UHGV virus genome: UHGV-0853564
Direction: 5' to 3' (one strand)
From: a virus
Length of the DNA stretch: 43,023 nucleotides
The translations under genes and the position numbers were made by a program. The notes under the pieces are model-generated. The model searched no databases and was not told where the DNA came from. It saw only the letters and a list, made by a program, of their open reading frames with translations. How positions within the stretch are numbered: position 1 is the first letter of the stretch; every line of letters begins with the position of its first letter. Below are positions 17,577 through 24,064 of this stretch, piece after piece.

Positions 17577-17759
17577 CTACCCCACTATCTCATCACCAAG
17601 CCACGCCGTTTCTCGTATATCGTCAACCACGCAGGCGGCATGCTCACGGCTAATTGCAAAAATGTAGAAGCTAAACTTCTTCCCGTCAGCGTCGATGTGG
17701 TTAACCGAGTAAGGTTTCCACAGGACGCCCTCGATAACTACTGGTTCAGGCGCTTTCAT
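17577..17759 (-). CDS. hypothetical protein
   Basis: ORF track; part of leftward small-gene operon. Confidence 0.4.
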   Translation of the reverse strand: MKAPEPVVIEGVLWKPYSVNHIDADGKKFSFYIFAISREHAACVVDDIRETAWLGDEIVG

Positions 17760-17931
17760 TCTTCATGCGCTCAAGCAACAACTTAAACGCCTCCAGTTGA
17801 AATTCACCGTTAATTGACAGTTGTCCGCATAACGTCTGTTTCTCGGACTCAAGCACCAGAATACGACGCTCGAGTGATGCGATTGTGATTTTAGGCATGA
17901 CGCTGCACCCCGCATTTAACACACTGCCCAC
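17746..17931 (-). CDS. hypothetical protein (coiled-coil-like)
   Basis: ORF track; internal Met (MPKITIAS...) may be true start. Confidence 0.35.
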   Translation of the reverse strand: MGSVLNAGCSVMPKITIASLERRILVLESEKQTLCGQLSINGEFQLEAFKLLLERMKNESA

Positions 17932-18136
17932 ACATATCCTTTGGATTGTAGTCGAACTCGTGTTCGCACTTGTTCAGGTTGAAGCGGTTAATAAGTTCAC
18001 GGCGTGTCTCATAAAGCGACTCAACCATTTGCTCGGCTACCGCGATTTTAGTATTCAGGACATGCATCACGTGGCTGATGTCTACGCCACCGTTAACAGC
18101 CTCCACCATCATCTTTTCGTATTCGTTATTGGTCAT
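17891..18136 (-). CDS. hypothetical protein with C-terminal Cys cluster (zinc-ribbon-like)
   Basis: CEHEF...CGQCVKCG motif. Confidence 0.4.
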   Translation of the reverse strand: MTNNEYEKMMVEAVNGGVDISHVMHVLNTKIAVAEQMVESLYETRRELINRFNLNKCEHEFDYNPKDMCGQCVKCGVQRHA

Positions 18137-18308
18137 TGTTCACCACCTCAAATACGCACTCACTTTCGAAGCCTTCAACTTCAAGAGAGTTATTGAGGTA
18201 GAAGGCTCCAACTCGATACCCATAACTCGGTAGCGCGACGGCTTCGTACACCCCGTTTAGGGTAAGCTCGGCCCAATCACCCTTAAGAAACACACATTTT
18301 ACTTTCAT
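18126..18308 (-). CDS. hypothetical protein
   Basis: ATG at 18308..18306 inside conserved GGAGAGAAGAAATGA junction. Confidence 0.45.
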   Translation of the reverse strand: MKVKCVFLKGDWAELTLNGVYEAVALPSYGYRVGAFYLNNSLEVEGFESECVFEVVNNDQ

Positions 18309-18460
18309 TTCTTCTCTCCCCACATGCGATTGAGATACTTGTTCTTGTCCGGCCCCGGGAAACTGTTGCGTTTCATCAGTTCCTCGCGTGTCGGGAACGG
18401 GGTGTGATTAACCTTACGTCCTACTCGTAATGGTTGGCTCACTGGACCTTGTTCGCTCAT
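18305..18460 (-). CDS. hypothetical protein ending GEKK
   Basis: Start and stop both lie in copies of the conserved junction. Confidence 0.45.
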   Translation of the reverse strand: MSEQGPVSQPLRVGRKVNHTPFPTREELMKRNSFPGPDKNKYLNRMWGEKK

Positions 18461-18651
18461 TTCTTCTCTCCTGCGAGTTCCATATTGAATACAATACGAA
18501 CGTTTTCCAGGGGCGTAGTACCTACTAGCTTTGCCGCGTAAGCCCCCGCATCTCCAGATTGGTGAAACTGGCCGCAATCAACATACTCATCCCCGTTGAA
18601 AAAAGAAACAACGAAACAACCTTTACCAACTTCCGTAACTATATTTTTCAT
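18457..18651 (-). CDS. hypothetical protein ending GEKK
   Basis: As above. Confidence 0.45.
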   Translation of the reverse strand: MKNIVTEVGKGCFVVSFFNGDEYVDCGQFHQSGDAGAYAAKLVGTTPLENVRIVFNMELAGEKK

Positions 18652-18797
18652 TTCTTCTCTCCTGCATAAGCTGCTTTAAGTGTCTGCATCGCGGCGAACC
18701 AGAACGCAGCCGCGGGGATGCTGTTGCTCAGGTTACTAACGGCGATGCGTGCCATCAGCTGTGCGTCTTTGAATGCTTCGATGTCTGTGATTTTCAT
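18648..18797 (-). CDS. hypothetical protein ending GEKK (49 aa)
   Basis: ATG at 18797..18795; below track cutoff. Confidence 0.35.
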   Translation of the reverse strand: MKITDIEAFKDAQLMARIAVSNLSNSIPAAAFWFAAMQTLKAAYAGEKK

Positions 18798-18881
18798 CTT
18801 TTCTACTCCGTTCTCGTTGTCGGTGGAGTAAATATAGTAGGGTCGCAGGTAATAGTCAACTAGTCATCGCAGATGATAGAT

Positions 18882-18913
18882 AAAAAAAATCCCGGCTGGG
18901 TCAGGGCCGGGAT
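18882..18913 (-). terminator. rho-independent terminator downstream of lysis cassette
   Basis: 8-bp stem atcccggc/gccgggat followed by U8 on the minus transcript. Confidence 0.6.
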
Positions 18914-19129
18914 AAAACTGGAGAGCAGAGGGGTGGAACATTAGGTTGGTGAAACCAGTATGAAGCTGCCGTTGTTGGGTGTCAACCCTCGCCGTAGCCG
19001 ACAGACTCGTCGATATCGTCCCGCGACTTAACCGGGTTGGTAAACTCTTGTAACGCCATAGTGGCCTCCAATAAGCAAATACGAAAAACTTGGCATGAAC
19101 AGAATACTAAACGCCTTCGTATTCGTCCA

Positions 19130-19615
19130 TCATTTTACTGCACGTCCGATAGCCTCCGCCTCCTGCCACGGTCTACCGTCGAACAGCGCCAGACGGCCTG
19201 CTGTACGGCGGCGCAGGCCGAGTAACGGTTTGCCGTTCTGGTTGATGAACAGCGCCAGTTTAGCCCGCAGAGTCGCGGTATCACCAGAACGCAGCGCCCT
19301 ACCCGTGCCGGTAGTAGCTGCAATCACACCTGCGCCAGCGTTGTAGACCAGGTCGCACACTGCATCGAACTGTGCCTGTGTCATCGAATGGTGTGCCGCC
19401 GCATCGACAGCGGCTACAGCCTTAGCCATGTCACGGTTCAGTAACAGGAGGCCCTGCCCCGGTGTGATGGTCTTACCGGGTGTTACGTCTGGGCCGTAGT
19501 GACCGTACCCGATAGTCAGGTACTTTTCGTTCGGCGTAGCGCGATACGCAGTTCCGCGGAATCCCTCGAATGCAGCGGTGAAATGCAACCCATTATCTGA
19601 AATGTTTCGAGACAC
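19130..19615 (-). CDS. endolysin (phage lysozyme-like)
   Basis: Motif FEGFRGTAY...YLTIGYGH resembles T4-lysozyme-family active-site region; GTG at 19615 with GGAGGA RBS preferred over TTG track start 19666. Confidence 0.6.
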   Translation of the reverse strand: MSRNISDNGLHFTAAFEGFRGTAYRATPNEKYLTIGYGHYGPDVTPGKTITPGQGLLLLNRDMAKAVAAVDAAAHHSMTQAQFDAVCDLVYNAGAGVIAATTGTGRALRSGDTATLRAKLALFINQNGKPLLGLRRRTAGRLALFDGRPWQEAEAIGRAVK

Positions 19616-19865
19616 GCTTATGTCCTCCGTATGACAGCCACGCCTGGCGAATCTGGCGCAGCGCAACTAATGTGATTAATGTCTCAGGCAACGTTGGTGA
19701 CATGCTGCCCTGTAACAGGTGGATACATCCGGCGGCACAGACAATAGCGGTCAGGATATAGAGCACCCGACCAAATAGTCCGTCGTCTATACTCGGATGA
19801 TACACGTTAAACAGCGATGTGCCTCCGATTGCCAGCATACCGCCGAACCAGAATAACTCATTCAT
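19593..19865 (-). CDS. holin-like membrane protein (second of pair)
   Basis: Internal ATG at 19865 overlapping upstream stop; ~90 aa with hydrophobic segments. Confidence 0.5.
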   Translation of the reverse strand: MNELFWFGGMLAIGGTSLFNVYHPSIDDGLFGRVLYILTAIVCAAGCIHLLQGSMSPTLPETLITLVALRQIRQAWLSYGGHKRVSKHFR

Positions 19866-20166
19866 CCGGGCCTCCTCGACGTGCGATGTATTCTCCGGCG
19901 ACGATGCCAGAAAGGCGGGAATAGATAGGCATCCAGAGAATGGCAATGATGAAGCCCAGGCCGGCGATTTCACGGTCACCCGTGATGCCGAACCATTGAG
20001 CTGCCAGAGGTGCACCAAATACGGCGCAGGTGAAGCCGGTTGCGATAAAGCAGAAGCCGTCAACAGGGCCGGAAATGACGGTCTTATGTTGCCGTAGTCC
20101 GATTACCCCTCCGGCTAGCGCGGCAGCCAGAAGCCACCCCGTCACTGTTTCAGTAAATTTATCCAA
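19858..20166 (-). CDS. holin-like membrane protein
   Basis: 102 aa with multiple hydrophobic TM-like segments, immediately upstream of endolysin. Confidence 0.55.
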   Translation of the reverse strand: MDKFTETVTGWLLAAALAGGVIGLRQHKTVISGPVDGFCFIATGFTCAVFGAPLAAQWFGITGDREIAGLGFIIAILWMPIYSRLSGIVAGEYIARRGGPDE

Positions 20167-20241
20167 GATGAATCCTCCAGGTGCGTATTAAGTATGCAGT
20201 AACTGGAGGATACCACGGGTAGGATTTATCCTAATAACGGT

Positions 20242-20535
20242 TTATTTATGACGCCAGATGTATTGTCGTCTCTGCGGTTTCGTCGGAATATCATCGTATC
20301 CCAGCGATTTCCAGTAATTAAATAGCCGATTAGCGATTGCAGCGCGTTCCTTTGTCTTGAACTCACCGAGATTCACGGCCTTCCCGTTCTGAAACCCACA
20401 GGCGCGTACCGCTTTGCGCCTGGCCTGAATCTCAGGGTACAGCGCGTTACGGCGACGCTTGTGTATGCGCGTCTTCGCTCTCGGTGACAGCGGCACAAGG
20501 CCGCTTCGTTTCAAGATGTCAGTTGCAAGGGACAT
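20242..20535 (-). CDS. hypothetical basic protein (possible AP2-like DNA-binding motif)
   Basis: GKAVNLGEFKTKERAAIANRLF loosely resembles AP2-type domain; weak. Confidence 0.35.
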   Translation of the reverse strand: MSLATDILKRSGLVPLSPRAKTRIHKRRRNALYPEIQARRKAVRACGFQNGKAVNLGEFKTKERAAIANRLFNYWKSLGYDDIPTKPQRRQYIWRHK

Positions 20536-20762
20536 TATCTCTCCTGTTTACCAAGTCGCTTAGGTGAGCAGATAGCGCGTACCTCCGAATCGTTGGGCTT
20601 GTCACCCTGAAACAGGAAGTGCGCGTTCTCCGCAGCGCGTGCCGCTGACTGGCACGCCTCCATAGAATAAAACGTTTCTGATGCCACCAGGTGCATCTGG
20701 CCTGCGGACAGTACCCAGATAAATAGGATGCTGGTCATTTCTTTAACCCACATATTCTGCAC
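20535..20762 (-). CDS. hypothetical protein with signal-peptide-like N-terminus
   Basis: MTSILFIWVLSAGQMHLVAS; track start is GTG, true start uncertain. Confidence 0.4.
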   Translation of the reverse strand: MQNMWVKEMTSILFIWVLSAGQMHLVASETFYSMEACQSAARAAENAHFLFQGDKPNDSEVRAICSPKRLGKQER

Positions 20763-20766
20763 ATCA

Positions 20767-21075
20767 TCAAAGCACCTTTATTGTAAAAGCACCTTTATTG
20801 TAAAAGCACCATTCGTGCTCGCAGTCCCGAGTGTCTTCTTTACGGCAACCGGATTGCTCGGCGGCGCACTCTCCGTTGCGTAGAACTTTGTAAGGCTCAA
20901 TATTCCCCGTAGCCTTAACCAAGGCGACATGCAAATCCCTAAGCTGCGCCCGCGCATCACGTAACTGGTTTTTAAGTGACTGCACCTCATGCGCCAAGTC
21001 TTCGCACTGGTTGTTATTTACCTGCTGCCGTAGTTGGTCAATCAGGTACTCGAATACTTCGTTTTTGTTACTCAT
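20767..21075 (-). CDS. hypothetical protein (coiled-coil, Cys-rich C-terminus)
   Basis: ORF track; 3' end contains 17-bp tandem repeat. Confidence 0.45.
   Translation of the reverse strand: MSNKNEVFEYLIDQLRQQVNNNQCEDLAHEVQSLKNQLRDARAQLRDLHVALVKATGNIEPYKVLRNGECAAEQSGCRKEDTRDCEHEWCFYNKGAFTIKVL
20771..20810. repeat. 17-bp tandem repeat agcacctttattgtaaa x2.3
   Basis: Two exact copies plus a partial third at the 3' end of ORF 20767..21075. Confidence 0.8.
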
Positions 21076-21252
21076 CTTCTGTCTCTCCTCTCACTAGAAC
21101 TAATGGATAGGTACAATACTTGCGGTTGTTATCCCGTTTGAAATATAAAAATCGAGTGCATCACAAGCCCAATCTAGTCTGCACCATCCGCTCAATTTTT
21201 TATCCCCATCAATAATTATGTATTTTTCGTATCCCATATTGACACCTCTCGT

Positions 21253-21525
21253 TTATTCAACAGCGCCTGTTATCGCTATAAGGCCGGTGTTACCGCGGCG
21301 GCGATACTTACGAATCACCGTTTTAAGTTCGTCGTTGCTACTCTGATGCCCGAAAGTGATAGGCAACTCTTCTCCGCCCGACATCCCGAACTCGGTGTCT
21401 GTCGGTTTGTCCCTCCACCCCTGGATAAAACCGAAACGGTCACGGGTTATGTACCTGTAGTTGTTAGGTAGGGGCAACTCCAGCCCCTCAAAATCAACGG
21501 TAGCGGTGTAGCTGCTAAAATTCAT
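21253..21525 (-). CDS. hypothetical protein
   Basis: Track start is TTG at 21531; first ATG at 21525. Confidence 0.4.
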   Translation of the reverse strand: MNFSSYTATVDFEGLELPLPNNYRYITRDRFGFIQGWRDKPTDTEFGMSGGEELPITFGHQSSNDELKTVIRKYRRRGNTGLIAITGAVE

Positions 21526-21664
21526 AGTCAATTACCCCGAACTCATTGATGATTTGCGCCTTGTAGAAGTTGCCGTTTGACGCCAGGTGGTACGCCTGTG
21601 CCATAGACATCTCACGGTAAGTTGCGGTGCTGTTTTCGAATTCCATAACCATCAAAGTAACCAT
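21515..21664 (-). CDS. small hypothetical protein (49 aa)
   Basis: ATG at 21664 preceded by GAGGAG RBS and conserved leader; below track cutoff. Confidence 0.3.
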   Translation of the reverse strand: MVTLMVMEFENSTATYREMSMAQAYHLASNGNFYKAQIINEFGVIDYEF

Positions 21665-21691
21665 CTTCTGTCTCTCCTCTCGTTCGTGTAA

Positions 21692-21713
21692 ATGAATAGT
21701 AGCCTATTCTATC
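21692..21713 (-). promoter_or_regulatory. GAATAGT dyad element (atgaatagtagcctattctatc) upstream of leftward gene
   Basis: TACTATTCA about 27 nt upstream of ATG 21664 on minus strand, followed by conserved leader catcttctgtctctcctctc (also at 21074). Confidence 0.45.
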
Positions 21714-21764
21714 TTAGCGTGCAAGTAAATTTTATTGGTGTTTGTACTGTCACCACGGGACAGG

Positions 21765-21956
21765 TTACGAGGTCATCCTCTGCAACACATCCCATAAATC
21801 GGTCTCTGCCTCGCGTTTCCTACTCCCAGCGTCGTCCACGCTATAGTAATCCGCAGTTGCGTAGTCCGCGTGTGCCTCTGCAACTGCGATAATCGCATCA
21901 TATAATGATTGCGCTTGTTCTTTAGTAATCATTGTTGCGTCTCCTGCAATAGTCAC
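21765..21956 (-). CDS. hypothetical protein
   Basis: ORF track. Confidence 0.4.
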   Translation of the reverse strand: MTIAGDATMITKEQAQSLYDAIIAVAEAHADYATADYYSVDDAGSRKREAETDLWDVLQRMTS

Positions 21957-22066
21957 TTCGATTGTTGCGTTTGGTGAAAGTGTCGCTTTTTGACGACACT
22001 AATCTAAAGTTGTACGCTGCTGTGTAGCAGCGTAAGTCACTCAGTAAAATCCCAAACTATTGAACA

Positions 22067-22264
22067 TCACACTTCCGGCGGCTCTGGTAGCGGCATCCAG
22101 TGAGTTACATCTTCCCGGTCCACCGTAACCTCCCACGGCTCTATCCAGCTATCCCAATACCCATCACAATCTAACCACATCACCTCAACGTTATCCCCAT
22201 CTGAAACCAGCACATCTTCAAAATCACCCGGCATCCGCTCACTACACTTAATCCACTCGCTCAT
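22067..22264 (-). CDS. hypothetical acidic Trp-rich protein
   Basis: ORF track. Confidence 0.4.
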   Translation of the reverse strand: MSEWIKCSERMPGDFEDVLVSDGDNVEVMWLDCDGYWDSWIEPWEVTVDREDVTHWMPLPEPPEV

Positions 22265-22267
22265 ATC

Positions 22268-22411
22268 TCACCTCGTATTCATCGCATACTGCACACCAGC
22301 TTTCCACGCCCGCCACGCGAGACGCGTCCTAACGTTCAGGTACTCTTTCTTCGAACCCTTGTTAACAGGCAGACCCTCGACGACGGCCCAACGTTCGAAT
22401 GCTTCTCTCAT
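22268..22411 (-). CDS. small hypothetical protein (~47 aa)
   Basis: ATG overlapping upstream stop; coordinates approximate. Confidence 0.25.
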   Translation of the reverse strand: MREAFERWAVVEGLPVNKGSKKEYLNVRTRLAWRAWKAGVQYAMNTR

Positions 22412-22614
22412 AACTCGACCCCCAGAACCTCGCATTCGGAATTGCAGACGAACAAATACTCACGGCAATGGTTTATAACAAATCCGTACTCGCCACGAAT
22501 CTCTACGTCGAACTCATCACCAACAGAGACGCCAAAGTACGCAAGGCTAACGTCCTGGTATCCATTAGGGCATGTTTGTTCAACATCAGTTATACGAATT
22601 CTCATTAACGGCAA
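22408..22614 (-). CDS. hypothetical protein
   Basis: ORF track. Confidence 0.4.
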   Translation of the reverse strand: MPLMRIRITDVEQTCPNGYQDVSLAYFGVSVGDEFDVEIRGEYGFVINHCREYLFVCNSECEVLGVEL

Positions 22615-22790
22615 CCTCCCTCAGAGTCGTCGGCACTAGCATCATGATTCGATGCCGTTCTGGATTTAAATTCCGCGTTGAAACCTAACTTTGTTAAGAC
22701 GCAGTAATGGTCGAATGCTTCGCTTCTGCTTCTTGTTGAATAACTAAATCTTCCACCTACATATACGTCGTAAATTAATTCTTCCATCAC
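22605..22790 (-). CDS. hypothetical protein
   Basis: ORF track. Confidence 0.4.
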   Translation of the reverse strand: MMEELIYDVYVGGRFSYSTRSRSEAFDHYCVLTKLGFNAEFKSRTASNHDASADDSEGGCR

Positions 22791-22963
22791 TTCGCCCCTT
22801 TGAATTTAAAATTGTTGCCGATGAGTTCTATGTCTTTCGCATACAGGAAACCGTAGTGGATTCCGCTTTTTACCTTAACAACGTCATACATTTCTAAGTA
22901 CCATTCTACGAAGTAAAAATCCCTCGTCCCTTTAACTTTAACCAACTGACCCTTCTTAAACAT
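22787..22963 (-). CDS. hypothetical protein, first gene of leftward operon
   Basis: Track start GTG 22972; ATG 22963 with GAGG RBS preferred. Confidence 0.4.
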   Translation of the reverse strand: MFKKGQLVKVKGTRDFYFVEWYLEMYDVVKVKSGIHYGFLYAKDIELIGNNFKFKGAK

Positions 22964-22994
22964 AACCCTCACTCCTCTGTCTCGTTTCGATAAG

Positions 22995-23026
22995 TGAATA
23001 GTATCCTATTATGTTGGGGTGTGCAA
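22995..23026 (-). promoter_or_regulatory. promoter-like element for leftward operon (reverse copy of 2703..2734)
   Basis: Minus-strand reading ttgcacaccccaacataataggatactattca; second GAATAGT at 23029..23035. Confidence 0.5.
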
Positions 23027-23406
23027 GAGAATAGTTACGTTGCCGTTGTGATTCTTCAGGCAGGGTTGTGCCTTTATTCTTATTACTTGGTAACTAAAGG
23101 GCAGGCCTTAAGCCTGCCCAATAATCGTTACATTTTTACGGTTGCGAATCTACGGCACATTAAGAAAATCAGATACTTAAGAGATATGCCGCCGGTGAGA
23201 ATAGAGCTTGCCCAGGGCAACCGGAGATACTTAGGGAGGAAAGTTACGATAATTCTTATGTTCAGTAAACTTTCGCTTAACACTTTGCTTGCGCTGCGCG
23301 CAACTGCGTTTTAAGCGGTTTTACAAGGTGAACAGGAATCAAAGTAACTAAGATATAGAAGCACCTTAAACGAAGATTTCCATAATGTCAATAGGTGCGA
23401 TTATGT

Positions 23407-23435
23407 TTGATTTCCCATTATTCGCAATGTATACT
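23407..23435 (+). promoter_or_regulatory. sigma70-like promoter TTGATT-N17-TATACT for rightward early operon
   Basis: Consensus-like hexamers with 17-nt spacer about 30 nt upstream of first rightward ORF. Confidence 0.45.
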
Positions 23436-23467
23436 TGATCCCGTTAACTGATAATGAGGGTTTGAGA

Positions 23468-23620
23468 ATGGTTACTTTGACAGAAGAACAGTTGAAAGAG
23501 TTGCTGATAGAAGCGTGGTTTAACGGGCATGGCGAGAGCAGATACTGCCCCAATAAATACGGCGCAGCTACAGCGTTCGCACGGGAAACAATTAAGGAGA
23601 TTAAAGATGACACAGAATGA
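23468..23620 (+). CDS. small hypothetical protein
   Basis: ATG with GAGGG RBS; track start 23435. Confidence 0.4.
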   Translation: MVTLTEEQLKELLIEAWFNGHGESRYCPNKYGAATAFARETIKEIKDDTE

Positions 23621-23777
23621 AGTGGCCGAGCGTATCGGGGTTACTCGTCGAACGCTGAATAACTGGTTAAAGAGTGGGAAGTTCCCGGATTGCTGTATTC
23701 GCATTATGGGCCGCCGTCAGCCTGGCACATTTGACCCGGAGAAAGTGGAAGCGTGGATTAAGGAGAACGTGAAATGA
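23607..23777 (+). CDS. small HTH DNA-binding protein (AlpA/excisionase-like)
   Basis: MTQNEVAERIGVTRRTLNNWLKSGKFP is a typical HTH; AAGGAG RBS. Confidence 0.5.
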   Translation: MTQNEVAERIGVTRRTLNNWLKSGKFPDCCIRIMGRRQPGTFDPEKVEAWIKENVK

Positions 23778-24007
23778 CCGAGTTCCAGTCACGCGTATTT
23801 ACGGCAGTCGTTTCATTAACGCGTAAAAAAGGTTCGTGCAGCGTTATGGACTTGCGCCGTAGTTATTTTAGGTACTATAGTTCCGCCATTATTGAAGCGT
23901 CGTTACGTGTGCTGGTTAAATCTGGCGTCGTGAAAAATGTTGGCGGGAAATATAGTGCTGTTGCTGAAGTTCGCGGAATGACCGCTACTTTAGAAGACCT
24001 GGAATAA
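23774..24007 (+). CDS. hypothetical protein ending ...TLEDLE
   Basis: ORF track; ATGA overlap with upstream gene. Confidence 0.45.
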   Translation: MTEFQSRVFTAVVSLTRKKGSCSVMDLRRSYFRYYSSAIIEASLRVLVKSGVVKNVGGKYSAVAEVRGMTATLEDLE

Positions 24008-24064
24008 AAGAAAGCCCCGACGTTAGAGCGCCGAGGCCAAATTACTTGCTGAAGGAAATACAAC

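Larger units (their letters stand above)
18305..18662 (-). repeat. three exact copies of 15-mer tcatttcttctctcc (minus: GGAGAGAAGAAATGA) at 18305, 18457, 18648
   Basis: Each copy encodes ...GEKK-stop, an RBS and the next start codon. Confidence 0.8.

Noticed and set aside
18305-18662. Possible CRISPR-like array (three identical 15-mers at regular-looking spacing)
   Set aside because: Intervals differ (152 and 191 bp), the repeats are coding stop-RBS-start junctions, and no cas genes or leader are present.
18914-19129. Possible extra lysis gene between endolysin and terminator
   Set aside because: Only a ~25-codon ORF without convincing RBS or lipobox; treated as 3' UTR.
22994-23314. 106-aa plus-strand ORF in the control region
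   Set aside because: GTG start lying inside the promoter-like element, no RBS, runs through hairpin and palindromes; region more likely regulatory.
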